DNA of 64,000 nt from Oceanispirochaeta sp. (GTDB lineage Bacteria > Spirochaetota > Spirochaetia > DSM-2461). Within the stretch, counting starts at the first letter, position 1. Each line of letters opens with the position of its first letter. The position numbers and the translations under genes were made by a program. Positions 19,790-32,703 of the stretch are shown here, piece by piece. Where the stretch lies: the NCBI GenBank assembly GCA_963663385.2, contig CAXXXD010000001.1, forward strand, positions 32,001 to 96,000, in the 5' to 3' direction. Under the pieces are notes generated by a model. The model ran no database searches and was not told the DNA's origin. It saw only the letters and a list, made by a program, of their open reading frames with translations.

Positions 19790-21379
19790 TCATGCCCTGT
19801 CACGGATTGAGAACAGCCTGTTTAATTTGTTCCTGCTGGAACAATCCGTTTTTTTATAGATATGAGATAAGTGATTTTTAACCGTACCCACTGAAATAAA
19901 ACACTTTTCGGCTATTTCAAGGTTATTATATCCGCTCAACACAGCTTCAAGGATTTCAATCTCCCTCTCCGTAAGACCGTACTCTTCATACTGTTCGGAA
20001 GATCCCGATACAGGCTTTTCCTCACGCAGGTCCTGCATAAGAAAATCGATTTTAGAAAAGCAGTAACAACAGAGGATAAAAAAATACGGGAAAAAAGTAA
20101 AAAAAACCAGAAACGGAGTAGACGACTGGGTATAGAACTGAGCATGAAAAAAAAGGTCCAGGACAGCCGTCAGAGAAACTTCATCCATAATGGAATAGCC
20201 GAGCATAAACAGCCTTATATTGATAAAAAGCAGAAAGAACAGTGCTGTTCCAAAGGAATGAAGGAGATAGAAAGGCTTTTTATTTTTTACATGATCTGCC
20301 AGCAGGAAGACGGTTAAAGCAAAACAGAGAATCTGATGAGTATCGAAAAGGAGATCAAAATGGGTAAAAACCCCGGCAGGAGAAACAAGGATAAACAGAG
20401 CCAGACAAAGGAAACTCCCCATAACCAGAGAAACGGGAAGGAGGAAACGCCTCTTCCTGTTATGTTCCAGGATGACAAGCATGACAAGGGGACCGATTGC
20501 ATAGGTAAAAATATATTTTAATTTCTGGGTAGTTTCCCAGGGGATTTCCGGAAAGAGACGCAGCAGAAGCAGAGAATCCGAGAGGGAGATGCGTACGGCC
20601 AGAACTGAGAACAGGAGAATGGAGAAGATCTCCTTATAATACTTTCTATATCTGATATCCAGAAAGAAGAGGAACACAACAATCAGAAGGGAGGAAAGGA
20701 TCCCCATACCGGAAAATATGATCTCCCTTGCATCAAACCCAGCTACCTCATCATCCCTGCCCAGGAGGATATCCTGTAGAGCCCCTCCTCTGTGGTGCGT
20801 ATAATTTGAAATATGAAAGATGAGTGTTACCTCTCCGGTTTCAGCAGAAAAAGGGACGGTCCGCGGCATCCCCTTCGGAATGGAAAGAGCGGCTTCAACA
20901 CCATTCATCCCGGAATTCAGGACCCGCTCCCCGTTGATCCAGAGGGTATAGGAGGAGTTGATAACAGGTACGAGGAGGGCATATTTTTCACGGGGGGACA
21001 GACCGGTGACTTTCAGACGGTATGTGGCAAAACCATAGGATGGCTTCCTCCGTTTTTCGTATCCCCGGGAGGCGATTCGATACCAGGCGGAAGGAAAGGA
21101 GATAAACTCCCTTCCCGGAGGAGGGGTATCCTGTGAGTCGTTGAAATCAGAAGGGAAGTAGAATCTCTTCCAGTAGAACTCCCACTCCCCTTTCAGCGAC
21201 AGTTTCCCGTTTTCCGCAAAAGCCATGGCCTGATAGTTGATTTCCCCTTTTTTGGCTATAGGGAAATCCCTTCTATTCAGGTTCAGCCTATAGCCGAAAT
21301 AAAACAGAGAGAAGATCAGTCCTACAAATACAATGATAAGCCTGGATCGTCTGTTATCTGTCTTATCGGGAAAAATCAT
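19790..21379 (-). CDS. Membrane-anchored regulator: 7TM-DISM-like extracellular and TM domains plus C-terminal LuxR HTH (start moved to 21379)
   Basis: LKGEWEFYW...GFATYRL...LWING domain, ~7 TM helices, LTEREIEIL...IAEKCFISVGTVKNHLSHIYKK; ATGA overlap with upstream stop. Confidence 0.8.
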   Translation of the reverse strand: MIFPDKTDNRRSRLIIVFVGLIFSLFYFGYRLNLNRRDFPIAKKGEINYQAMAFAENGKLSLKGEWEFYWKRFYFPSDFNDSQDTPPPGREFISFPSAWYRIASRGYEKRRKPSYGFATYRLKVTGLSPREKYALLVPVINSSYTLWINGERVLNSGMNGVEAALSIPKGMPRTVPFSAETGEVTLIFHISNYTHHRGGALQDILLGRDDEVAGFDAREIIFSGMGILSSLLIVVFLFFLDIRYRKYYKEIFSILLFSVLAVRISLSDSLLLLRLFPEIPWETTQKLKYIFTYAIGPLVMLVILEHNRKRRFLLPVSLVMGSFLCLALFILVSPAGVFTHFDLLFDTHQILCFALTVFLLADHVKNKKPFYLLHSFGTALFFLLFINIRLFMLGYSIMDEVSLTAVLDLFFHAQFYTQSSTPFLVFFTFFPYFFILCCYCFSKIDFLMQDLREEKPVSGSSEQYEEYGLTEREIEILEAVLSGYNNLEIAEKCFISVGTVKNHLSHIYKKTDCSSRNKLNRLFSIRDRA

Positions 21380-23133
21380 GTCCCAAGTATAGTCTCCAAT
21401 TCCCTTTTTGTATATTTCTTTAAATCTCTGCAAACCGATTTAACCGTACGGCTGTTCCATATAAGAGGAAATAACTCCGGAGAATCCCGGGAGACCATCA
21501 GATCTTTTTCCATTCTTCTGCAGAAGTTTACCGCTGCCGTCCGGTCCTGTCTCAGCCTTTCCACAAACTCCTCCTTCAGATATTCCAGGTTATGCAGCGC
21601 CGCCAGTTTGATAAACGCCTGTCTGTACCTCCGGAAAAACTCATGAAGATCATCAGGAGTCATAGCCAGAGTAGATCTGAGAATAAGGTGATCCATTTCC
21701 GGAAGATAGGGAGCCTCGTAACCGAACTGGGAACCGGGCCGGCAGATAACTCCCGTATCCTCCCGGCAGAGATTATAGTTCATCAGAAATACCATCAAAC
21801 CGGTACTGTCTGTAATCCCCGAAGGCAGATCCGCTCTCTGTATCCTTGTAAGGATATACCAGCCGGCATCGGGATCATTTATGCTCACATAGTCCCGTCC
21901 GATATACCTGTTGATGTCCCGTATATGAGATCGGGCTATCCCCAGCTGCCCTCTTATATAACTGCTGTTATGATCAATCCACTCCCGGGATGAGAAGGCA
22001 TAGGCTGCCACCACACCCGTTTCCGTCGAGACTTCCACCCCATCGGATCCTTCATGACCCAGAATCCCCCCCATCCGGTCAATCAGGCTCTCCCGGTCTC
22101 CGGGAAAGGTAATACCGCTGCAGGCAAAACCGATCCGGGCGGAAGCGTAACCGAGTGTTTTGGAAGGGGATACGATTGTAATGGTGCAGTCAAACAGGTT
22201 TCCGGAAGGAGTTCTGAAAGAAGCTATTGAGAAGATTTCCAGGCCCTCCTTCAGTATGCTCCCATTATAAACCTGATCAGCAATGACATAGACCGGATTC
22301 TCCCTGTTCTCCGCGTTATACTCCGTAACAGCCTCGGCTATACCGGCAATCTGTTCACGGGGCATGATATCTCCTGAAGGATTGGCTACAACGCTAAAGT
22401 AAACCGCTTTGATATCGCCTCGTGTCTCCAGTTCTTTTCGAATATGCTCCCGATCCATTCTTTCAACTACTTTCAGCCTGCTGTTATGAAAGGAAGGGGC
22501 TTTTACAAGACTCTGGTAGTGCCCCCGGGGAACCAGGATCGTTCCTCTGGATCTTTCTCTGAAGTCCCGCCCGTCTTTATCGACTCGGACATCCTTTGTC
22601 ATCAGAGCCGTCAGAAAGGTGTTGAAGAGGTTTTTAAATCCCGTTCCCATTACAACCTGATCCACCCGGGCGGGCAGTCCCATATTATTGAAATAGTTCT
22701 TCATCAGATACAGGCTCTCTTCCTGACCATGACAGAAATCGAGATACCCGGTGGATCCTATTCGCTGACAGGCCCGTTTTACAAGGAAGTCGTCAAAAGG
22801 CAGTGCCCTGTCCCGGGAGTTCTTCCAGATATCCCGGTAAGCTTCGTATAAATCGATAAAATATCCCTTTTCCGGACAGAACCGCTTGAGGTAACCGGCA
22901 AGAGGCTGAGCCTGTTCTTCTGCGAGGGAGGAGAGGTACCCCAGGAGGGATGTATGGTGAATCGTGTGATGAACATGAGCTGCCAGCGCCATTTCATGGG
23001 GAGAGAAAAAGTACTGCCCCCCCACATGGGCGTTAGCGGCAGTTTTGTTTCCTGTAATCCGGGAACTTTTATCAGACATTAAACGACCGATTTCATTATA
23101 ATGAACTACGGTCCCAGGAAGAATTTTACTCAT
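21376..23133 (-). CDS. PLP-dependent aminotransferase class I/II-fold enzyme with terminal extensions (start moved to 23133)
   Basis: ANPSG, ADQVY, SPSKTLGYASARIG (PLP lysine), PDAGWY, RPGSQFG. Confidence 0.8.
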   Translation of the reverse strand: MSKILPGTVVHYNEIGRLMSDKSSRITGNKTAANAHVGGQYFFSPHEMALAAHVHHTIHHTSLLGYLSSLAEEQAQPLAGYLKRFCPEKGYFIDLYEAYRDIWKNSRDRALPFDDFLVKRACQRIGSTGYLDFCHGQEESLYLMKNYFNNMGLPARVDQVVMGTGFKNLFNTFLTALMTKDVRVDKDGRDFRERSRGTILVPRGHYQSLVKAPSFHNSRLKVVERMDREHIRKELETRGDIKAVYFSVVANPSGDIMPREQIAGIAEAVTEYNAENRENPVYVIADQVYNGSILKEGLEIFSIASFRTPSGNLFDCTITIVSPSKTLGYASARIGFACSGITFPGDRESLIDRMGGILGHEGSDGVEVSTETGVVAAYAFSSREWIDHNSSYIRGQLGIARSHIRDINRYIGRDYVSINDPDAGWYILTRIQRADLPSGITDSTGLMVFLMNYNLCREDTGVICRPGSQFGYEAPYLPEMDHLILRSTLAMTPDDLHEFFRRYRQAFIKLAALHNLEYLKEEFVERLRQDRTAAVNFCRRMEKDLMVSRDSPELFPLIWNSRTVKSVCRDLKKYTKRELETILGT

Positions 23134-23292
23134 AAAGCCTATTTCCTTGATTGTGAGATTTTTCCTGGTTGGGTTAATCCTATAGAGGGCAGCGATTCCT
23201 GTCAATATTTTTCAAAATCCTCAAGAAAGATATTCCTCTTGTTTTAAAACCCTTAGACGAAACCGCATCCTTCTGATATTATTTTCAGCATT

Positions 23293-25803
<2,511 letters not shown>

Positions 25804-25834
25804 TTTCATTTCGCAGATAAGCGTTTAGATTATC

Positions 25835-25872
25835 AATCCCCGGAAACCACAAGGTTTCCGGGGATTTTTTTT
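25835..25872 (+). terminator. Intrinsic terminator after leuS
   Basis: AATCCCCGGAAACC-ACAA-GGTTTCCGGGGATT perfect 14-bp stem plus T-run. Confidence 0.85.
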
Positions 25873-25901
25873 GAATCCGATAAGTTCGTTCCGTCAGATG
25901 G

Positions 25902-26273
25902 TCACTCTTTCCAATAAGTGGCAGAAAAACTTAAATCCCCTGATTTACCGTTCAGAGTCAGCGTAAGGCCGTCGTATTTCAGGTTCATCATAAAAACCCG
26001 GTTCCGCCACTTTGCATTTGGATTATTACTGTTGGGAAGCAGCTCGAAAAAACCCGCGTACATATCTTCGGCGTCATCGTAGTAGGCAAATCCCTTCCAG
26101 CCGTTGGATGCCTCCACGGCAATGATACTGTCGGTCACAGCCCTTACTTCGATGGCACATTCCGCTTCGCCGGCGGTGGAGGCAGTCTGCATCCAGGTTC
26201 CGGAGCTGATTTCTCCGGCTATAAGAGCTGAAGCGCAAAGAATGAGAGTCAGGATAAACAATGCTTTTTTCAT
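25902..26273 (-). CDS. Hypothetical secreted protein
   Basis: Signal peptide MKKALFIL...LIA, GGAGGG RBS. Confidence 0.7.
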   Translation of the reverse strand: MKKALFILTLILCASALIAGEISSGTWMQTASTAGEAECAIEVRAVTDSIIAVEASNGWKGFAYYDDAEDMYAGFFELLPNSNNPNAKWRNRVFMMNLKYDGLTLTLNGKSGDLSFSATYWKE

Positions 26274-26479
26274 TTTTCCCTCCAGTTTTTATTCTATGAG
26301 AAATGATTAAAGAGAACAAATAATATTTCCGGAAAATCCTGCCACTCCGGCGAATCACGAAGAGAGACCGGCGCTGCTGTCTCATTTGAATCTACCGGAA
26401 TATAACTTCAAAATAACGGATTGGTTTAACACCTTTGATATTATATGCTATTTTGATGCTACCAGAGTGAGGGACGGAA

Positions 26480-27175
26480 ATGAGCAGACAAATACAACTG
26501 AATGAAAGCTGGCTGAATGTAATGGGAGATGAATTTGACAAACCCTATATGGCAGAACTCCGCCAGTTTCTGATAATGGAAAAACAGAACGGAAAAACCC
26601 TCTTCCCTCCGGGGAGTCAGATTTTCTACGCCCTGGACCGCACCCCTTTTGACAAGGTCAAGGTTGTTATACTGGGACAGGACCCCTACCATGGAGACGG
26701 TCAGGCCCATGGACTCTGTTTTTCCGTTCAGCCAGGTGTAGCGCCGCCCCCCAGTCTGATAAATATATATAAGGAGATGGAAACAGACCTTGGCCTGACG
26801 CCCCCTTCCCACGGCTGTCTCTCCAGCTGGGCCGATCAGGGGATTCTTCTCCTGAACTCTGTACTGACCGTTGAAGCCCATAGAGCGGGATCTCATCAGG
26901 GCAGAGGCTGGGAGGAGTTTACAGACAGGGTAATCCGGGAACTGGAAAGCAAAAGGGAGAATCTGATCTTCATTCTATGGGGCGGATACGCCAGGAAGAA
27001 GGGCAGCTTCATCAATCGGCAGAAACATCTGGTTATCGAGAGTCCCCACCCTTCCCCCCTGTCATCCTACAGAGGATTTTTTGGAAGCCGGCCTTTCAGC
27101 CGGACCAACGCCTACCTGGCGGAAACGGGTCAGTCCCCTATAAACTGGGAGCTTCCCTCTGTAGGAGTACTCTGA
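26480..27175 (+). CDS. ung: Uracil-DNA glycosylase family 1
   Basis: GQDPYHG, PPSLINIYKE, LLLNSVLTV, HPSPLS. Confidence 0.96.
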   Translation: MSRQIQLNESWLNVMGDEFDKPYMAELRQFLIMEKQNGKTLFPPGSQIFYALDRTPFDKVKVVILGQDPYHGDGQAHGLCFSVQPGVAPPPSLINIYKEMETDLGLTPPSHGCLSSWADQGILLLNSVLTVEAHRAGSHQGRGWEEFTDRVIRELESKRENLIFILWGGYARKKGSFINRQKHLVIESPHPSPLSSYRGFFGSRPFSRTNAYLAETGQSPINWELPSVGVL

Positions 27176-27915
27176 TAAACAACGGAAAAAAACTCTCCCT
27201 GATGATCCACTTCCACAACAAGCACCTCTCCCGCATGCCGCATTCCCCTGTTTAAAAAGCGGTGGGTCCCTTCAGAAAGGAAAACCCTGTCCGTATTGCC
27301 GCCGCTGCTCTCCACAGGGTCCTGTAATGCATAGGGATAAAGGAGATGACGCCCCGGATAACTGGGAAGATCCACCTCAAACAGGTAGTTTTCTCTTATA
27401 TACCAGCTGCGCAGCTCCTCTTTTATCAGCTGCCGTCCCAGAAGAGCCCAGTCTATATCCCATGGATCGGAGAACTCCTTCTCCCGGATTTCCCTGAGCA
27501 GCTTTTCCATATTTATACAGTTAAGGTCAACCCCGGAAGCGGCGGCTTTCATCAGAAAGAAAACCCCGGCTCCGTCCTGCCAGGACAGGTTAATCCGATG
27601 AGCCCCCCCCGGTTCATATATTCCCCCCGCAGGATAATGGAAAAAACAGTCCGAAATAACAGGAGGATAGAGAAGGCAGAGGAGGGGGGATTCCTTATTA
27701 ACCTCTATGCTGCAAATGGAGGAGGGTTCAAAAGAGAGATCCTCCCGTACAATTTCTCCGCGCCCGTCCCGGACTTCCAGCCGCCATGGACCCTGATCGT
27801 CCTTCAGGTAAGCCAGATTCCCCGGCAGGACCGGCAGTTTCAGTTCAACCAGCTCTTCCGTTCCCAGGCGGCAGGAGGAGAGAATCGTACAGATGGTCAG
27901 TAGAATAAGGATCAT
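27130..27915 (-). CDS. Hypothetical lipoprotein
   Basis: Lipobox LSSC; convergent 46-nt overlap with ung. Confidence 0.6.
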   Translation of the reverse strand: MILILLTICTILSSCRLGTEELVELKLPVLPGNLAYLKDDQGPWRLEVRDGRGEIVREDLSFEPSSICSIEVNKESPLLCLLYPPVISDCFFHYPAGGIYEPGGAHRINLSWQDGAGVFFLMKAAASGVDLNCINMEKLLREIREKEFSDPWDIDWALLGRQLIKEELRSWYIRENYLFEVDLPSYPGRHLLYPYALQDPVESSGGNTDRVFLSEGTHRFLNRGMRHAGEVLVVEVDHQGEFFSVVYQSTPTEGSSQFIGD

Positions 27916-27947
27916 ACTTCCCTAACGGAAGAATGATCGGAAGTGAT

Positions 27948-28487
27948 TCAAGACTGGGCTTTTTTTTCTCTCAGCTGCTGACGGTAGATATCCCGGATAC
28001 GGATAAGAATGTCCCTGTTTTTCCGGCTGACGAAATCCGGATAGGTCCACTCCAGAGGATGGAAATCCCTGTTCTTAAACTGGAGAGTCAGTTCCCCGTA
28101 TATACCGCATCTCATGGGGACTCTGTGAACATTGTTTTTCGTAGTCGCCAGTATGAATTTACTTAAGGAAAGGATTCCCGGATCCAGATTAACTTTTCTG
28201 TTTCGCCCCTCTGCAAAACCGGCTTCTATATCGTTGGTGCACAGCTTGATATCGGCCAGAGCCTCCGGTTCAATAAGCTCCGCAAAGGAGAAAAAACACC
28301 TGTAGACAGGGGTGCCCATTTCCGGATTATAGTAATCGGTAAAGTCGAAAATAAAAGGTTCCGTCTCAAGGTCGATCGCCCCCCAACGGGATTTCAGCGC
28401 ATCTTTTACGGAATCCATCAGTTCGAGACGTGAAATCAGTACCCCAATGACCAGTTTTTCCTTCTCGAAACGGTTAACAACGCCCAT
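27948..28487 (-). CDS. DUF4416 family protein (start moved to 28487)
   Basis: FTDYY.PEMG, LADIKL.TN.IE, VNLDPG, LATTKN..HR, WTYPD. Confidence 0.85.
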   Translation of the reverse strand: MGVVNRFEKEKLVIGVLISRLELMDSVKDALKSRWGAIDLETEPFIFDFTDYYNPEMGTPVYRCFFSFAELIEPEALADIKLCTNDIEAGFAEGRNRKVNLDPGILSLSKFILATTKNNVHRVPMRCGIYGELTLQFKNRDFHPLEWTYPDFVSRKNRDILIRIRDIYRQQLREKKAQS

Positions 28488-28558
28488 ATCAGAACCTTCT
28501 TCTTCAAATTGATAATCTTTGGTTGTTACTTTACCCATATTCGATGATAATAACCAGT

Positions 28559-29977
28559 ATGAGTCAAGATGAAATGTATCAGGCACAGCTGGACGAGGCC
28601 CTTACCAGGAGAGCCATGGTATTGGCAAAAGAGGATATCCCCGCATTAAAAGAGGCCTGCCGGACTTATCAGGCAGCCTATACCGGATTATATAAAGTTT
28701 TTCTCGAGAAATCCCTGATTCAGGAAGATCAGTATAACTACGAACAGAAAATCTCCAATCTGAAACCGCCCCCCTCTGATCCTTTTCCCGAGTCAGATCT
28801 TTTTAATCAGATGAATCTGCGCTTGAGCGGATTCATGGCCCAACTGGATTTTCTGAATAACTTTTTCTTTCTCAGTCCCGAATCCCTTGACCTCAAAACT
28901 ATAAAAAATATTCTGGGATTGATTGATTACTTCCACTGGCATGATCTGTCTGCCACATCCTCTCATGTCATGACCCGGAGCATAACCGGATACCTGGAAA
29001 GGATAAGACAGACAAACGATGCAATGGCTGTCAATATCATTGCAAACTCCATGAAGGTACTGAAGGAACAGCAGAAAACCATAAAGGTAATGCTGAAGAA
29101 GATTTCCGTTTATGCCAAACAGAATTATAAACTTATGGCCAGGATAAATGTCATTTCGGATGTAACCCTGGATCCGAACAGGGTACAGACTGACCATAGC
29201 GGCACACTGCAGGCTATTAAATTTGAATTTCCCGTAAAATGGCAGGGCGCCCCCTTCTACAAAGAACTGATAGAAGAGATCCTGCTGGAAGACTTCGGCC
29301 CTCAGAAAGAAACTCTGCGGCAGGAAAATCTGAAATCCCTGGAAGTAACCCAGAAGATTGTCAAAAAAAAGAAAAAGAATCTTAATAATGATTTAAAGAA
29401 AGAACTGATGAATGTTATGGCAGAGATGGCAAAAGCCTATATCCCTCTGGAAACCATAATAACACGAATGGATGATAACAGCCGTCTGATGGATGAAAAC
29501 CCCAAATCATTCTCTCAGAAGCTTTCCCGCTGGTTCACCCGGGTCATGTTAAAGAAAATTGAGGTCTTTTATGACATACAGGTCAGTGAGCTGGGACAGG
29601 GAAAGAAAAAAGAGCGGCTGAATTTCACAAGCTACATCAACTGGCTCAGAATGAAAGCCTCTTTTTACAAGTCCCTGAATAATCCCAACAGTTCGAGCTA
29701 TATAAGAGCATCAGAATCCTCCATGGAGGATCTGGAGGAATTCCTTGCAAAAAACCAGCAGGAGATGAAGCGGATCCTAAACCGCGTAAGCACCCTGGAA
29801 ATGTTTTTTAAAGAAGCAGCGGAAGGAGACGTCAAAAAGAAGGTAAAAGGGTACAAGGCGGAACTGTCCCAGCTTAAAGGAATCATTTCCAAAGTAATTA
29901 CCGGCTTGAAGGAGTACCAGGTTCGTCAGGAAGAGATGGAACAGCTGAAGAACCTGGGTATTGATCCTAACGCCTGA
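28559..29977 (+). CDS. Hypothetical cytoplasmic helical protein
   Basis: Long ORF with host-like composition; ATG 28559 sits just after a -35/-10 pair; no recognisable motif. Confidence 0.75.
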   Translation: MSQDEMYQAQLDEALTRRAMVLAKEDIPALKEACRTYQAAYTGLYKVFLEKSLIQEDQYNYEQKISNLKPPPSDPFPESDLFNQMNLRLSGFMAQLDFLNNFFFLSPESLDLKTIKNILGLIDYFHWHDLSATSSHVMTRSITGYLERIRQTNDAMAVNIIANSMKVLKEQQKTIKVMLKKISVYAKQNYKLMARINVISDVTLDPNRVQTDHSGTLQAIKFEFPVKWQGAPFYKELIEEILLEDFGPQKETLRQENLKSLEVTQKIVKKKKKNLNNDLKKELMNVMAEMAKAYIPLETIITRMDDNSRLMDENPKSFSQKLSRWFTRVMLKKIEVFYDIQVSELGQGKKKERLNFTSYINWLRMKASFYKSLNNPNSSSYIRASESSMEDLEEFLAKNQQEMKRILNRVSTLEMFFKEAAEGDVKKKVKGYKAELSQLKGIISKVITGLKEYQVRQEEMEQLKNLGIDPNA

Positions 29978-29978
29978 A

Positions 29979-31886
29979 TTACCTGGATGAGTACAGCCCC
30001 ATAATCCGGAAGTCTTCCGTCAGCTCCCTGATTTTCTCAACAGCCTTGTCAAAGACATCCCTCTTCTCCGGCAGTTCCAGATCGACATAGAACATATAGG
30101 ACCAGGGACGGCCGTGAATGGGACGGGATTCCAGCTTTTTCATATTCAGGCCGTATTCTGAAAATACGGAGAGACAGCGGGAAAGGGCTCCTGCTTCATC
30201 GGGTGTGGAAAACACGATGGAGGCCTTGTCGCACTCCTCAATATTTCCGGCCATATCATCTCTGGCGATAATGGCAAAACGGGTATAGTTGTGAGGATTG
30301 GTTTCCAGACCTTCTGCCAGGATATCCAGTCCGTAAACCTTGGCGGCATCAACGCCGGCAATTGCGGCAATACTGTTTTCCTTCTGTTCCGCCACGAATG
30401 AGGCAGCACCGGCCGTATCAAAATAACTGACCGCTTCGATTCCGTTTTTCTCGAGAAACTCCGAACATTGCGAGAGCGCCTGCGGATGAGAGTACACTTT
30501 TTTAATGTCTTTAAGGGACGCACCCTTCCTGGCCAGAAGATTATGGCGTATGCGGACCTTGATTTCCCCTATAATACGCAGATCCGGATAGAGGTAGAGG
30601 AGGTCGTAGTTTTCAAGGATAGACCCGGCAACGGAGTTTTCCAGGGGGACAATACCCCAATCGGACGTCCCGTTAAGGACCTCCTTGAAAATATCCTTGA
30701 AACGGGGAACAGCGACAGCATCCACATCGCTGCCTTCAAAATACGTTTTGGCGGCCAGTTCACTGTAAGCCCCTTTAGTACCCTGGAATACAGCCCGGGG
30801 AGTCCCGGCCTTGGCAGAAACACTTGAAGCTTTGGCTGCAGAAGCCAGAGCCTTATGCCGGGGATCGGGTATACGGGTAATCTCTTTCCCCACGACGGGA
30901 GAGAGGGCTTCCAAATCACACATAAGTTTTTCAAACTGCTCGGGATAGAGAGACTGCGGTCCATCGGAGGTAGCTTTATCCGGATCGGGGTGTACTTCGA
31001 TTATCAGCCCGTTAGCTCCGGCAGCCACGCCGGCCAATGCCATGGGGAGGACTTTATTTCTTAAACCTGTTCCGTGGGAAGGGTCAACAATAACGGGCAG
31101 ATGACTGAGTTTCTGGACAACAGGGATGGCTGATAAGTCCAGGGTATTCCTGGTCATGGTTTCAAAGGTCCGTATGCCCCGTTCACAGAGGATAACCTTA
31201 TCCGTACCGGCGGAAAGGAGGTATTCCGCCGCCATCAGCCACTCTTCGATGGTAGAGGAAAGGCCCCGCTTCAGTATAACAGGCATATCCATGGAACCGA
31301 CTTTTTTCAGCAGTTCAAAGTTCTGCATATTCCGTGCGCCAATCTGAAAAACATCAATATAGTCTTTCATCATATCCGCATCGGCAGGAGAGACAATTTC
31401 TGTTGCAACGGGCAACCCGGTTTTTTCACCGGCCTCTTTAAGGTACCTGCAGCCCTCTTCGCCCAGACCCTGAAAGGAATAGGGAGATGTTCGCGGCTTG
31501 AAAGCCCCTCCCCGGAGCATAACAGCACCGGCTTTCTGGACAGCTACGGCAGAAGCCAGAATCTGTTCCCGGGATTCAACGGCACAGGGACCGGCAATAA
31601 CACTGACACGGGGACCGCCGAACTTGACGGGCCCCACATTAAACACGGTGTCTTCTTTCTTCAGTTCCCTGGATGCCAGCTTATAGGGTTTGGAAATAGG
31701 GATAACCTGGGCAACACCCGGAAGCAGTTCCACCTGTCTGAAATCCAGTGAAACGCTGCCTACCGCGCCCAGAACTGTTTCTTTTTCTCCTATGATCTCA
31801 CGAACGGTAAGTCCCTTGGATTGGAGAAAACCGACAATATGCTCTTTCTGATGAGCATTAACCGTATTATGCAGAACAATAATCAT
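29979..31886 (-). CDS. aroF: Bifunctional DAHP synthase (type I-beta) / prephenate dehydratase-ACT fusion
   Basis: [38 protein letters not shown]; then [34 protein letters not shown]. Confidence 0.92.
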   Translation of the reverse strand: MIIVLHNTVNAHQKEHIVGFLQSKGLTVREIIGEKETVLGAVGSVSLDFRQVELLPGVAQVIPISKPYKLASRELKKEDTVFNVGPVKFGGPRVSVIAGPCAVESREQILASAVAVQKAGAVMLRGGAFKPRTSPYSFQGLGEEGCRYLKEAGEKTGLPVATEIVSPADADMMKDYIDVFQIGARNMQNFELLKKVGSMDMPVILKRGLSSTIEEWLMAAEYLLSAGTDKVILCERGIRTFETMTRNTLDLSAIPVVQKLSHLPVIVDPSHGTGLRNKVLPMALAGVAAGANGLIIEVHPDPDKATSDGPQSLYPEQFEKLMCDLEALSPVVGKEITRIPDPRHKALASAAKASSVSAKAGTPRAVFQGTKGAYSELAAKTYFEGSDVDAVAVPRFKDIFKEVLNGTSDWGIVPLENSVAGSILENYDLLYLYPDLRIIGEIKVRIRHNLLARKGASLKDIKKVYSHPQALSQCSEFLEKNGIEAVSYFDTAGAASFVAEQKENSIAAIAGVDAAKVYGLDILAEGLETNPHNYTRFAIIARDDMAGNIEECDKASIVFSTPDEAGALSRCLSVFSEYGLNMKKLESRPIHGRPWSYMFYVDLELPEKRDVFDKAVEKIRELTEDFRIMGLYSSR

Positions 31887-31895
31887 TCTGCCAGC

Positions 31896-32579
31896 TTAGT
31901 TTATTTTCTCCGTTTGTTCCATAAGGAGGGTTACATTCTTAACGGATTTCATCTCCGGAAATTGAATTTCGGAAGGAAGAATTTCCTCCGGAATAATCCC
32001 CTGAGCCAGTTCATCCCTGTAGGAAAGAACCCTATCCACATATTTAAGGGTCATCATGGGGGTCCGGCTGGATTTCACACGGTTTGGGCCGGCATTATAC
32101 ATGGCCAGAGCTGTAACCTCATTCACACCCGTATCCAGACAGTAACGCAGGTAGGCGACACCCAGGGGGACATTGATTTCCGGATCAAAGAACTGACTCT
32201 CCGTAAGCTCGGGGAAGGATCTGGAATTCAACTGAAAGACACCACGGTCAATAGAGTTGCTGTTATGATTGACGGCTTTTATATCGAATCGGCTCTCTGT
32301 AAAGGCAAGAGCAAAGGCAAGAGCCGGATCAACATTATTCAACTCGGATTCCCTTATAATAAGCTCCGCCAGATTCCGGTCTCCCGTAATCAGGCTGTAA
32401 TATTCCAGCCTGTCCTTATCTTCTGCAGAAGGATTTCTATATACGATTTCCTTCAGAAGTGATTCATATGTATCCCGCTCAACCAGTTCAGGAGCAGCGG
32501 CTGTAGCAGCAGGTTGCGCCAGGCAGCCTGAAAACAGAAAGCTCAGGAAGCCAAGGGCTGTTAATTGTAATAATTTCAT
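31896..32579 (-). CDS. Lytic transglycosylase (SLT domain) lipoprotein
   Basis: Lipobox FSGC; TESRF, DRGVFQLN, ALAMYNAG. Confidence 0.85.
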   Translation of the reverse strand: MKLLQLTALGFLSFLFSGCLAQPAATAAAPELVERDTYESLLKEIVYRNPSAEDKDRLEYYSLITGDRNLAELIIRESELNNVDPALAFALAFTESRFDIKAVNHNSNSIDRGVFQLNSRSFPELTESQFFDPEINVPLGVAYLRYCLDTGVNEVTALAMYNAGPNRVKSSRTPMMTLKYVDRVLSYRDELAQGIIPEEILPSEIQFPEMKSVKNVTLLMEQTEKIN

Positions 32580-32703
32580 CAGTTCCCAACAAATAAATTC
32601 ATAAATATTCTCCGACAGATCATCCGGAAATATCCGTCCTTACTCAAGACAGCAAACAGGCGATTTATGAATTTTTCTGATAAAACACTGGTTTTCTCCG
32701 GTT

